Shown piece after piece: positions 49,110-62,504 of a stretch of DNA of 64,000 bases. This DNA comes from Mobula hypostoma. Lineage: Eukaryota. The position numbers were made by a program, and so were the translations under genes. The notes beneath the pieces were generated by a model. That model was not told where the DNA came from. It saw nothing but the letters and a program-made list of their open reading frames with translations, and did no database searches. Positions within the stretch are counted from its first letter, which is position 1. Each line of letters starts with the position of its first letter. The stretch spans positions 32,738,001 through 32,802,000 of the forward strand of contig NC_086109.1 in NCBI RefSeq assembly GCF_963921235.1, in the 5' to 3' direction.

Positions 49110-49385
49110 TGAGATACAGTGTGGAATGGGCCCTCTGGCCCTTTGAGCCACAGTGCTCAACAATCCCCTGATTTAACCCTAGCCTAATCAGGGAACAATG
49201 TACAATAACCAATTAACCTACCAACCAGTACGTCTTTGGACTGTGGGACGAAACCGGAGCACCCAGAGGAAGCACACACAGTCACAGGGAGAACGTACAA
49301 ACTCCTTACAGGCAGTGGTGGGAATTGAACACAGGTCACCTGTAATGTAAAGTGTTATGCTAACAACTATGCTGCTGTGCTAACG
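49110..49385 (-). mobile_element. tRNA-derived V-SINE-like SINE; other copies at ~18415-18590, 20140-20450, 24380-24660, 56545-57250 and 61345-61572
   Basis: Recurrent core GTCTTTGGACTGTGGGA.GAAACCGGAGCACCCAGAGGAA.C.CAC...TCAC.GGGAGAACGTACAAACTCCTTACAG plus a B-box-like GGAATTGAAC. Confidence 0.75.
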
Positions 49386-49729
49386 TGGAAAGTACCTCAG
49401 TAACAACTTTACCTAAGCAGTTACTTAGTATTTATTTTTCCATTGAATTATTAGTCTTTTTTTGGGCCTGGCATTGCTGCACAAGTCATTTGAGGCTCAG
49501 TATTTATTGATTCATATCATGACTCCATTCTCCAGTTTGACATTACAGACAATTTTGCGGTATGAATTAAGTTTTTGCAATATACGATTCAGAACTTGCA
49601 GTGACTTGCTTCAAGTGTAGTAGTTCCCCACCACCACCCCCCCCCGCCCGATCAAAAATATACAGTATGTCAATAATTTCTGATTTTGGCAGAGGAGCAG
49701 TGGAAATCCCCGAAAGAAGTGGCAACAAA

Positions 49730-50200
49730 GTTCCAGATCTCCATCTATCCGGAATTTCTACAGCACTAGAAGTTTCTCTCCCTTTCCTCACCTCTCTTTT
49801 TCCATTCCCCATTCTGGCTCTCATCTTATACTTTGTATCATCCTCACCTGCCTATCACTTCCCTCTAGTGCCCCCTCCTTAACTTTCTGCCATAGTCCTC
49901 TCTCCCCTCCAATGAGATTCCTTCTTCAGTCCTTTATCTCTTCCGCCTATCACCTCAGCTTTTCATCACACCCCCATCCCCCACCCACCTACCTTCCTCC
50001 TCACCGGGTGTCACCTATCTCCTTTCCCTCCCCATGCCTTATTCTGGCTTCTGCCCCCTTCCTTTGCAGTCCTGATGAAGGGTCTCAGCCTGAAACATCG
50101 ACTCTTTTATTTTTCTCCATAGATGCTGCCTGACCTGCTGAGTTCCTCCAGCATCTTGTGTGTGTTGCTCTGGATTTCCAGCATCTGCAGAGTCTTTTGT
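49730..50200 (+). mobile_element. Older PLE pLTR with hammerhead-like motif at 50067-50104
   Basis: CAGTC-CTGATGA-AGG(GTCTCAG)CCT-GAAA-CATC-GACTC followed by ATAGATGCTGCCTGACCTGCTGAGTTCCTCCAGCAT..TGTGTGTTGC..GGATTTCCAGCATCTGCAG. Confidence 0.8.
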
Positions 50201-51682
50201 GTTTATGTTTTCCGTAACAAAACATCAGGCCAAAATCTGTATATTACAATTTTGTACAGAGTTGTAGTTTTAAACATAATGTTCAAGAGCAGGAGAAAGA
50301 CCATCAAATCCAAGTAAATATTTCATCATTTAGCTCTGTTACCCATTTTTTTTCCTTCATTCATATCTCTCCAGTAACTAATTGTTTATCCCCCCAACAT
50401 ATTAAATCAGGCTGGCCCGATAACTTCAAAATTCAAAATAAATTTATTATCAAAGTAAACATATATGTCACCATATATTACCCTGAGATGCATTTTCTTG
50501 CAGACAGTGACAGTAAATACAATAGAATCAATGGAAAACCACACACAACAACACAGACACACAACCAATATGCAAAAGACAGCAAACCGTGCAAATACAA
50601 ATTATTTGTAAGAGAGATTATATTCTCCACATCACTACAGTTGAGTAAAAACTTCGGCCAGAGTTCCTCACTTTTGTTTACCCAAGTTCTAGTGAAACCT
50701 ATGGTTTCACATCAATTGTTCATTGTCACTATGGCCCACGAGGAGAGTGGTTCTCTTCTAATGGAATATCTGAATTGGTTACAAGGAACCATCTTTGCAG
50801 CTGTATTCAATCAAAGCACGAGATTCTCCGATGTTAATTACAAGGACCAGCTCACATGATCTCTCCCCCACCCCTCATATTTCTAGTTTGGTCTAACTTA
50901 AGTGAATTAAATGCCAATTTATTCTTTCTGTCTGGCTTATAAAGCTGCTCTAGTTTCCCCTGAAACTTATGTGTATATACAGATCTGCAGAGTTGCTTCA
51001 AATTGAAATAACTTGATTGTCTTTTCATTTACTCACTGTTTTAATCTACTTATCTGCTTGAACCTGTCTATAAAAGTCTATGTGGGTGAGTGGGGAAGAG
51101 ATTTCAATATTTGGAAGAACATGACAGACTCAAATGCACATTGTGGTATTTCTAAAACATACTTGCTTAGCCTTGTGGATGATTAGGTGTGTCACAGTCC
51201 TACTTCATTGTCAAACAACTCAACTTCTGGGTGTAATCAGAACAATCCAATCTGAGGAACTTGGATCTTTCATTTTAGAATTTGGTATCCAGGGTATTGG
51301 GTGAAATTTTTTACACAGTAGCAGTTTGAAGTATTCACAGATCACGTCTGTTTTCAAATCAAGAATAGAGACAATTAAATTTAACACATTAAGGCTTTCA
51401 CATTATTTCAGTAAAAGTATCGAAGAAGGTATGAGTGTCTGATGTTTCTGTGGCATAAAGAGAGCTACAAATATGAGTCAAACTTCAGACAGAACAATCT
51501 GCTCTGCTGTCTACCTTTACCTTAAAAGCTGGACATATTACTAAACTCATGGATATTTTGACTGGTGTTCTGTTTTACCCCTTATTTCTATTATTGCCAT
51601 TCACAAAAGAATCTCTGATATTTAATGCAATTCTGTCTGTTTCTGTTGTCACTTATTTTCCTTTTCTTGATAAACCTTTCAG

Positions 51683-51835
51683 CAGTCCAGTGGTGACCCC
51701 ATCAGAATCTGGTCTGAGTGATATCTCCCCTTTCCAGCATTTTCAAATGAGGAGCAGTCCCTATCAGAATCACATCTCAGCAAGTGCACCAGCAACACCA
51801 GAAATGAGAGGACGTATCCCCCATCCAGCAGGCAG
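51683..51835 (+). CDS. INAVA: INAVA coding exon 7
   Basis: (S)SPVVTPSESG...ISASAPATPEMRGRIPHPAG(R), matching the SP..TP and SAPATPE..GR motifs; acceptor ctttCAG|CAG, donor AG|gtagga; phase 2 to 2. Confidence 0.88.
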
Positions 51836-54800
51836 GTAGGAAGGAATAAGAGAAATCGTAATATATACATATATTTTATCTGCTAATGGGAATTGGTTCT
51901 AATCTGACTAACACTGCATGCAAAGATATCCTCAAACTCTTTAAGAGCTACAGAACCCATCTATGGAATATATATTATATGATTTACCAGTAAATCCCTT
52001 CCTCAGAACTGAAATTCTAGAGTGGCAAATGCTTGTGTGTGAAATTTGACTCAGTTCTTAATGCCTGCAGATTACTTTTGGCATGCAATATTAATCTAGC
52101 CAGTCTCAAACATTGCATTTACACCACAACAAAGGATTAGATACAAAGGGACTTCAAACAAACCATAAAATGGATTGTCATCACCACCCATCAATTAGAG
52201 GATTAATTTAAAATATTCATAACATTTCAAAAGAGTACTAATAAAAAGTTCAACATATTGAAACCAAAACGTCCTGAAGCAATCAAACTTAGTCTGACTT
52301 AGACTATTCCTTGGTCTGGGAGATAAAAATGTTCAAGACAAACTTGATCAGCAATGTAGAACATTATTTGCAGTTTAGATTCCAGATGGTGTTACATAAA
52401 TAATTCCATGTTCCTGTCAGTCATTATGACATGCTTTGGAAGATAATCTTTCATTATAAATTTTGCTTTATGATTTTCTTGTGTTAATCAGATTGGGTGG
52501 AACAGAGCAAAGTAAAGACTCACAATTATATTCAAGTTTTCCAGGTCAACTATGGTAGACTGGAATGTGATTCTTTTTCAGTATTGGAACGTTGACATAA
52601 TTAAGGCAATTCTCCTCAACCCATAAATGGAATGTTTTCTGATCCATCTACTCTAACACTCCCTCTGACTAGGGTCACTAATTTGAGCAAGTTTTGAAGT
52701 TTATAAATTCTTCACACATTAAACCAGTGGTGTCTTGGGACACACACATACTTTGTGTCTGTCCTAACCCCCTACACTGTCTGATCTTACACAAGACACA
52801 TTGTAGATAAAATTGTCTACAAATGGACCAAAAGGCCTGTCCTTCAAAAACTCTGCAATGATGAAACAATGTAAAACGAATGTGGTGGGTGAATGATACA
52901 GAGACTGAGACACACACACTTGTGAAGGTGACAGGTAGGGTAGGACAGGTCACAGCACTGACGGTCAGGATGGAGCAACTTGCGAAGCAGGGGTTTAGGA
53001 ACACAACACGATCAGAGGCCAGAATGAGAACAGCACTGAAGGGAGGAGGGCTGGGACTGACAAAAACTCAGAAAAAAAATTACTTTGGGAAATATTCATG
53101 CATTGGAATCAATAGCCATGGAATAGGAAAGGCTGATCCCTTGCAACCAACACAGATCTTGTTTAGGCCTGCCTCAGCAAACAGGGCCTCAGTATTGCAA
53201 GTGAATTTTGAGCAAACATTGTCAAAATAGTATACCAATACAGAGGGCACCCAATACATACAGTGACAACAAAAGTTTTTGACATCTTGGTAGTGCCTGG
53301 TACCTTCTGTGTGCATATGGTATATAATGGGAGTTCAACATCCAGGCCCAAATAAAAGAACATGATGCATTTTAAATTGTATCATTCTAGAAGTGTGATA
53401 GATGATGTATAGTGAATAGAAGATAGATCTTAAACCAAAGGAGGGACTAGGTAAAGATTATTTGGAATGGAAAGTTATCTGGATCTCCAAGCTGTGTGTA
53501 TGTTGGACCAAGTATTGCTCTTGTTTCCCATATCTGCACTTAGACTTTGAAATAATAAAGTCATAGAGTCATTTAGCTTGGAAACAAGCTACTCAGTCCA
53601 TCAGGTCAATGTTGGCCAGTCAGCCCTCTTCTGTATTAGTCTTATCTTCCAGCACTTGCCCCATGATTTTCTATGGCTTGGTGATCCAAGTTGTAATTCA
53701 GACTCATTAATATCGTCAGTGACTCTTCTTTCGCCACACTCTAAGTGAAAACAATCCCCTTTGGAATCCTCTACACCTCTCACCCCTGACCATAAATCTA
53801 TGTCCTCTAGATTTATTCACTGCTGCTAAGGGGAAAGGATTTCTGTGATCTATCTGATCCATGCTCCTCATTTATCTGTTATTCTCAATACCTCAATTAT
53901 TTTCTCACTTGTTTCTCTGCTCCAGGGAAAACATTACCAATCCATTCTCCCCTCATAACTAAAATGCTTTATCCGAGGTAACTCTCTGGTGAATCTCCTT
54001 GGCAACCTCTCCAGAGCAGTTACACCTTTCCTATTTTATAGTGGCTAGAACTACACACAGTACTTCAGATGAGGTCGGACTGATTTATAATATTTAAGCA
54101 TAAGCTCCCTACTCTTTTATTTCATTTCCCTGAACCGTTCCTAAATATCCCAGTCAACTTTGCTAGTTCAGCAGAATATCTACATGGTCAGTATTGTTTG
54201 GGCACTATATGATCCCTAAATCCCTGTAAGGCTCCTCATAATCTTCTTCAGGCATATAATCATTTGAGATTACTGGCCCCTTGTTAGTCAGGTATTAAAC
54301 TTACTTCAACCTTGCCTTTAGCTGCCTATGATCTGAAATTTTCTCCTTAAATCTTGCTAGATCTATCCCCATTGTTTAAAATGCTCCTTATAATATAACA
54401 TACTAACCATGCTTATCTTTTCTAATATCCCATCATGTGACTGAGCATCTATTTTTTTTCTATGACAATGCTCCTGTCATACATCATGTGACAATTACTA
54501 CATGAATATCCCTGACTGAGTATAATATGTTATTTATGATATCTTTGAAGACCCCTTGCCTCCCTCACTTGGACCAACAGAGCACAACTAATTGTCCTCC
54601 AGTGAAAATCTAAGTCTTGTTTAGTTATTTGCATCAAAGTTGAGATCTTCAGCTCACCTGGGAAGTCATGCTGTCACTACTTCGGAGGAATAGAATTTCA
54701 TATCACAGAACCTTTTGTAGCATCTGTGAACTGAGATTCTGAACTTGATTAGTTAGATCCATTAAGTACTTCATGGAAACATAAATCATTTACTGCCAAA

Positions 54801-55222
54801 TCTTGTTAAAATACAAAAAAAAACAATGAATAATCTAGAGTTTTATTCATTTCATTTGGGGATTACTGAGAAATTTTGCAAAATTACAGATAAGTTTGTT
54901 AGGTGAAATGTAGTCTGAAAACAAATGAACAAAGGCCACTCCACTTCCAATCTTTTAAAATTTATAATCTGAAGTCAACATGTGTTCTAATCATGTGAAT
55001 TATGTCAGCATTACAATGATTATTTACTATCACTTGTAGCCTGAGGCTACAGCAATTAAACCATTTCTACACCAATTTATTCTTGTTTATTCCTTAATTT
55101 GTAGATAATATTTTAATATTTTGTATTCATAAATATCTGATAGCTGAATGGCTGGAGTATTTAACTCAGGCCAATACTGAGTTAATAACTGATTCTATTT
55201 TGCCTTGTTTGATGCCAAACAG

Positions 55223-55949
55223 ATATATGGATGTGAGCCCTGTTCCAGCAACTCCTGATCAAAGAGGTCGCAGCATGCATCCCCAGAGGAGAACGTCAAA
55301 TTATACTATTATTGTGCCAGATTATCGTGCTGGTGGGAATAAAGCCAATGGGAGTTTACACATGAGGCCCTATTCTTTGAGTGGATATGCCAGCCCAGAG
55401 CCTAATTGCTCTGGAACCTCAACTCCAACATATAGACCATCACATCTTAACTATAATGCTGCAGTACCCAGATATTGGCAAATGTATAATTTGGTTGAAA
55501 ACATGGAAACACCTGTCTTACCAGGTAAAGGATTTTACCGGTATAATCCAAGCCAACCTTTCTCACATTATAGAGCAATTGATCACAGAGAGGGAAATGC
55601 AATGGGTCATATGTGGGAAAATCACCCTAATCAACAATATAGTGGTGTACAGTACTTCAACTCACCACTGTACAAAGACTACCAATACAGCGATGAGAAA
55701 AATTCACTGACAGTGCAGCGAATTACTCCATCTCACTGCAGGATCGTACGGACTCCCTCACTAAAAGAATACCCTAACAGAGGCTTGCTAAGGGATGTTG
55801 TATCAGAAGAGTTACAGTCATGGCATGAGAGAACCAGGCAGAGGAATGGACGGCCTCACTCTCTGGACAGGCAGTGTGCCTTCCATGGACCACGTGCTCA
55901 GGGCAGAAATCAGGCGCAGTACATGCGTTGGCCAGCACTCACTTTGCAG
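55223..55949 (+). CDS. INAVA: INAVA coding exon 8 (probably penultimate)
   Basis: RGRSMHPQRRTSNYTIIVPD...QRITPSHCRIVRTPSLKEYPNRGLLRDVVSEELQSWHERTRQRNGRPHSLDRQCAF matches the RIVRTPSLK..VSEEL..WHER...RPHSLDRQGAF I recall for INAVA/CCDC120; aaacag|...|gtgaga; phase 2 to 0. Confidence 0.92.
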
Positions 55950-56608
55950 GTGAGAGACCATCTGAATATACTTTCAAAGTACAGAGCAGATCTGGTAAAT
56001 GAATTAAAGGAAATGGGCAAAGCCAAATATAATGTGTAAAATCAATAATGAGTTCACACAGAGTAAAATTTTGAGCTTACACGAGGTGTTGACTACATCT
56101 GAAAAGGACATAACATTTTGCGGAAGCTAACCAAATACTTCAACTTTGATCTGAACTGGGCAGAGCATACTGTATAGATAAAATATTCTAACTGCAGAAG
56201 CTAGACATCTGAAATAGAAACAAAAAAAATATTATGGAAATACTCAGCTGGATATCTGCAGCGAGGGAAGCAATATTTCAGATTGGGGAACATGATCATT
56301 TTTGAAACTGAACAAATTTAGAATACAAAAGGGTATGTTTATGATATGTTGACAAGCAGGTAGACGAGGAAGGCAATGATTAGTCAAGTTGACAGAGCTG
56401 GTAATGGAACATAAAGATTAGTGTCAAGAAAATATAAACTTGAAAAGCAGAACTGAAGTTACCCAAGGGAATTACTGTAGTGCTGGAAACTTGGAAAGAG
56501 AAACTAAACATATTGGAAATGTTCATTATTTCTCATTTTTGAACTCAGTATTGAGGCTGGCACAGGTCCTTCTGGCACAGTGAGCCACATGGCACAGCAA
56601 CCCACTTA

Positions 56609-57034
56609 GTTACTTACTTGGTTACTGCCTGTTACACTATTGGCATTGCGGGCAGCAATGAAGGTCCTCTATCTCTACCGGTGTTCAGGGCTTCCTTCAT
56701 CATGTCAGTAGTTTCCTCCCGGTTTTCACTACTGTCAGTCATGTAGGTCCCGAATGGAACACCGTCGCACTCAGATGTAGAAGGATTCTTCATTGCTGTT
56801 TCTGTAACAATTTCTTCTGACCAGTCAGGGTTGTTAGCCCTGAGCTGAACCCCTGAACCTGGAGGACCGATGGACCTCTCTTAGCCCGGCCTCTACCCTT
56901 TGACCCGTTTGGCATGGGTGACCATGCCAAGAGCCAAAGCACAAGGCCCTGACTCCAGACTCCAACATAGCTCTCTGGGTCATTGAGGCATGCAAGCCCC
57001 CAAACCCAACGACAAGTTGTATTCCTACTGGAAG
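56609..57034 (-). mobile_element. Short RTE-type non-autonomous retroposon with 10-bp TSD, nested in a SINE
   Basis: AACCCACTTA at 56599-56608 and 57035-57044; (TAAG)n-like tail on the minus strand; the 5' end CTTGTCGTTGG..GGCTTGCATGCCTCAATGACCCAGAGAGCTATGTTG resembles RTE/Expander 5' UTRs. Confidence 0.7.
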
Positions 57035-60000
57035 AACCCACTTATGTAACACTAGCTAATCACAAGGCAATTTACAATGACTGATGAACCTACTAACCGG
57101 TGTGTCTTTGGACTGTGGAAGAAAACCAGAGCACCCAGAGGAAACCCACGTGGGCACGGAGAGAACGTACAAGCTCCTTACAGATGGCAATGTAATTGAA
57201 TTCCAAACTCCAACGCCCCGAGCTGTTATAGTGTCACGTTACCATGACGCCCCTGAACTTCATTCAGGAACTCACGTTATCCAGTTGGCTATGATATACA
57301 GTCAATAAGTAGGAGTTGAAATTCAATAAAAGGTATTAGTCCTTTTCTTATCATCTAAAATTATAGAATCTGATTATTTTATATGTTCAGGATTTTCTTT
57401 TTAATCGTGACAAATTACAGCAAATCACAGATAGTATATTACCTGAGAAATTCAGCACAGTTGACAAATAACTATATTGTTTTATAATTTTGTTCTGTCC
57501 TCTTGATGAATGTTGTATAGTGGTGCTCCCAATGGAGAGCTCCATGTGAAAGAGCCATAACAAAGAACACTGAACAGTGCAACACATGAAACTCCTTCAG
57601 CCCATATCATCTGTGACAACAATCAAACTAATCCTATCTACATACATATAGTGATAACCTATTATAGCATCCACATTCCAAAGTACTTTTGACATTAAAG
57701 CTGGATTTGCCACTATTGCGAGGAAATGTGGCAATTAATTGAATGAAGCAAGAGGCTACACAAAGACATAACAGTCAATCAGCAATAATCAGCTTGGGTG
57801 ATGTTGGTGAATGAATAAATAGTGGTCAACGGGGTTGGAAGGTGGGAGAAGATAGCGCTAGAAAGAAGGTACATACTGTCTTTCAATAATGCACTTAATT
57901 ATCCATCTTAAAGGGCAACATCCACAAAAAGGCAGCTGAAACAATGCACATTCCAGTTAGTGCTCCCCCAGTCTACATGTTCAAATGTCTAAATAAGAGA
58001 GTGTGACTCAAGTTTATTTATCACATGTACTTCAAAGCATACAGTGAAACATATTGTCTGTGTTAATAACCATGGTATGTCTTTAAGCAGCAACTCAGAG
58101 TTTTAATTTTAAGTCAATTTTGTCAAATATTGATTATCTTCTCAGAGAACTAGCTTTCATAAACCATATTCACAAACTATGCCTGACTGATTGATTACAA
58201 GGCAAAAGCATCAGATGAAACTGAAATTGAAGAGTTATTTTGTATTTCCAGGTTCAATGTAAAGACTTGCAGAGAAATATTTAACACATAGATGTTCAAT
58301 TGGTTGACAGAATTTTGCGTGTTATTACAATCCCAGATTGAAGCTTGCAATTGAACAATTCCTATTTAATTCCAGTTGAATATCTACTTTCTGTTCAGGC
58401 AAGTTAGTATTAGATCAGATTATCATCTCTTCACAGTTCACGTGGATTTTGTTACATGCTTAGACATTGCTGTGTTGCTTAGCTGCCTAAACAGGTAGAA
58501 CACAAAGCATGTCAGGACAGATACTCATCCCAATTAAATTAGAAGTCAAACAAATGTGATCACCACCATTTTCACAATTTTGCACTGTGGCCATATTACT
58601 TCCCATGATGTTGATTGTTACAAATGTAACTAGATCAAATGGTATGAAGGTCTGAACCTGCAAGGCATGGCAGGAACTGATACATCGAATGCATTCGTAG
58701 TTGTCAAGCGACTGCTGAAACAAACAAGATTCCACAGGAGTTGTACAAACATTGCCAGGCCAGTTACTAGGGAGTGACCATTAACCTCATTTTTCAGATG
58801 AATGGATGGGAAATCATTTATGCATTCAATTCTGGAATGTTGACAATTGAGCCTAATGTGTATGAAGGTATGGCTGCAAAGAGGAACAGGCTAGGCAACG
58901 ATCCATGTTTGAGAAAGACTCCTGATGCTCAGGGACTGGGTTCACAAGTGTGGTCATATAAACAAGGTACTGAGAAGTAGGGGTGTGGGAGAGAAATGTG
59001 GCGAGGTAGTCAGAGCAAAGTTAATTCATACTTCAGTCACCGAGAAAAAAACTTCAAAGAAAAAATTCAGAGCTAGATGAACTTGAAACATTGATTATAT
59101 GACTAACAATATGCACAGTGCCAACATGCTTACTGAAGGAGTGTAACTTTACTCTTGATAAGGAGATTGTGTGGAGATAACGTGTTCAATAGAAATATCA
59201 GTACCAACCATTTCTAAATTCCATAGGTCACATTACAGTTCAAGGGTCACTTGAGTTCATTCTTGCTTTGTGGCCACTACTTAAACATGTAACTAGTAAG
59301 GTTGAACACCACCATGATCTCTAATCTTATTTCAATTGAAAATACTTTTTTTTAAACTTTAAAATCTTTCCACAATCTGCCTTGGTGATCATCTTCAGGT
59401 TTGTATTCTTGCAAACACTCACTGTTTCCCAAACTACAAGTTCCTCCTTGTTCTTCAAACCATCTGTGATGGTTTTGATTTCAGTGCTGTGGCCTTCCTC
59501 TTTATGTGCAGCTGGTTTCAAAAGCCTCTCAAGAAATCTCTACTCTTTCACAATGCACTCTCTTCTATCCAATTTTTCTACTTATTTTTAACCTTGTCTT
59601 AGCTGCTCTGTTTTCAGTCAGTCCTGAATAACTATTATTTACAGTCCCGTGCCTGTACACTTAAGTAGGAAATAATCAATTACTTCATATTAGAAAGCCG
59701 CTCACCTATGTTAATATGATTGAATTTGAAGAGCATACTCTCTTTCAAAGTTTTTAAGCTTATTTACTCCCTTGTGCTATGTGTGTCAATGCACTTTTTT
59801 GTTGGAAGATCACTAACCAATTGATGAAAGATCCTCCAATACAGAATTTGCCTCTAGTATTGAAAACATTATTAAATCTTCTGATATAAATGTTGATCAC
59901 AATAGGTTAATCATTAAAACTTTTGGACTTAGATTAGAGAAACTTTGTTTCATTAAGATTGTGCAATAAACAGCCTTTGATTTTTTTTTTGTCAATCGGG

Positions 60001-62504
60001 CTTGTCACTTCGGAACAATATCTGTACGATGACAATGTTAATGTACTTGGACTGTCTTTGACCATGTGAGAAAATTCATTTGCAATGAAATTAAATTGTA
60101 TGACAATTTTTGTTGTAAAATGCAATTGAAAGTCATTTTTAGAGTGAAATACAATAGTGACTGTTTCCAGATCATAAGCACCATTTTTGAAATTTAGCCG
60201 GATACTTCCTGGCTGGAACCTTGCATTCATCCTTCCTGCGTTTTGCATCAGATCAGGATTCTGTTGGATGAAGCCATTCCCCATGCAAAACTACTTTTGC
60301 AGCATTGAAGAAAAACCACTCCATCTTTGGGGATGACATTCCCAGGGCAACTAGGTCTTTGCAATACTAGATTGGGTCTCCTATATATTTAGTGCTTCAC
60401 TTAACTCTGATTCTTATTACATTGAACCAAGCAACCAACCAACATCTAATGTGGCTCCCAGACCCCCATCCCCACCAGTTCCCTCAACTTCTCCAGCTTC
60501 CCAAACACCTGAAGTCCCTTCAAATCCCTGACTCTCTGAAGCCCATCTGGAAATACCACCCTCCAACCATCCGGCTCCTGAACTAGCATGGAGGGCTTCA
60601 CCCACCTCAATACTTCTACAACCTATGGACTCGCTTTTGTGGACTGTACAACTCATGTTCTCAATATTTTTTATTACAGTACTTTTTTTTGTAAGTATGC
60701 AATTAGTGCTCTTATGTACATTGGTTGCTTGTTAGTCTTCAAGTGTAGTTTTCCATTGATTATACTGTGTTTCTTTGTATCTACTGTAAATGCCCACAAG
60801 AAAATAAACTTCAGGGTGGCATATATGTACTTGATAATAAATTTGAACTTTGGATCCTCCTGACTCCCAATGAAGGAAACTGTTTTCTAATCACAATCCT
60901 TTGCCTGTTACTGGATCACCATCCCTGAAATTTGAGCACAACTTCAGGTCTGATCTTCCCAGGTTTTGGTTTGCCCACGAGCACTGTGAAATCTAGACCT
61001 CTGAGTCTTCTACACCTAACCCATCCCTGTTTAAAACATCAGTCGTAATGACTATCCTTTTCACCTGGTGACAACCGGTCTTGAGTGCTATTTTTTCCCT
61101 AAAGCTACAACCACTCTCTGATTACATTTTCCCTTCTCACTCAACCACAGCACATGCTTTTGTTTTACCCCACCCTAACTGGATGTACAGCTGTAAGCAC
61201 TTCCTCCCCTCACCCCACCGAATAAGGTCTTAACGTACTTTTAAATTCCTCAGAATCAATATGATCATTATTCACTGCTACAATTTTCAGACCAGTAATC
61301 TAATTTGTGTTCTCCAGATTTTCACAGTTTATTATTTAATTTTATAATTTAGAGATATAGCATAGAAACAGGACCCACAATGAGCCCACACTGCCCAATT
61401 ACATCCATGTGACCATGGACGGTCTTTGAAATGTTGGTGGAAACCCGAGCACCCAGAGGAAACCCACGCCATCACGGGAAGAGTGTACAATGAGTGGCCG
61501 GAATCGAACCCCGGTCAGTGATCACTGGTGCAGTGTGGTGACTGCGTTAGCAGCTGTGCTACTGTGCTGCCCCAGCGGTTGTTGGGGTTCAAAGCAATGC
61601 AAACTGTTGAAGCTGTAACTCATTCAGTTCGATCCTTTCTCAGCAATAATCAGGCAACACTACTAATAGCTGACCACCAGGTTCAAATTTTTGACTAGAG
61701 CATTAAATTGCAATCACCCTAAATCAACTCAGAAAGTCCACACAGAATTCCAGCAGTGAAGCATCATACTGCACTCCTGCTCTTTAGGGAACAAACCAAG
61801 GACGATACCATTTTAAATTCTGTACCGAATAGCTACATGTTTAATAGTAGAACCAATCATTTAGTTTTACCTTGCTTGCATTAGATTCTAACATACCCAA
61901 TATGCCTTATTCATGCTGGGGTTCTTCATTGAGCTTTTGTGCTGATCAAGACTGAATTGTAGCAGTAGCAGTTTATTATCAGTAAATTATCTCTACAAAT
62001 TTTAATTACCTAGATGTGTGCTCGCAGCATTCTGAACATAATAACGCTTGATATCTGTCCTTGTGTCAACCACATCCTGTTTTTTGTGCCCATGGCAACA
62101 GATGACATCTCTGAGAGGCAGCTTAGAGGGGGAAAAGACTTGTCTGTGAATCCGGCAAGGTCTGGCAGCATCGAGAGGCAAGAAGAAAGATTTGGAATCA
62201 CTGTTGACTCAGCACTTAACCAGTGAGATCAGCATTTTCCAAATTAATCTAGAACGTATCCTTAGTCAACATGTAGCAAGAAGAATTTCCAAGTCTGGCT
62301 TTCTGATAGGAAGCCTCATATAGAACAGCACTAAATAAAGACTCATATCCTGCAATAGTAGTGCCTAGAATTAATGAATCAAGGGGTTAGCGACAGGAAT
62401 GAGGGAGAATTAGAGGCTGGGGGCAGTAAATGAAGAGTCTGGTGCAGGAACTGTAATGTCTGTCGATGTTGTGTCTCTGACTCAGTTGCTTATTTAGGTT
62501 CATA

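Noticed and set aside
49110..49385. tRNA gene
   Set aside because: Only degenerate A/B-box remnants of a SINE head are present; no cloverleaf could be built.
52678..53363. Cluster of overlapping 66-116 aa ORFs on both strands
   Set aside because: No recognisable motifs or consistent splice structure; most short ORFs in the track are chance or antisense-to-TE frames.
58252..58284. Candidate last exon tttccag|GTTCAATGT... (VQCKDLQRNI*)
   Set aside because: The acceptor and phase are plausible, but there is no resemblance to the known INAVA C-terminus and such acceptors are common by chance.
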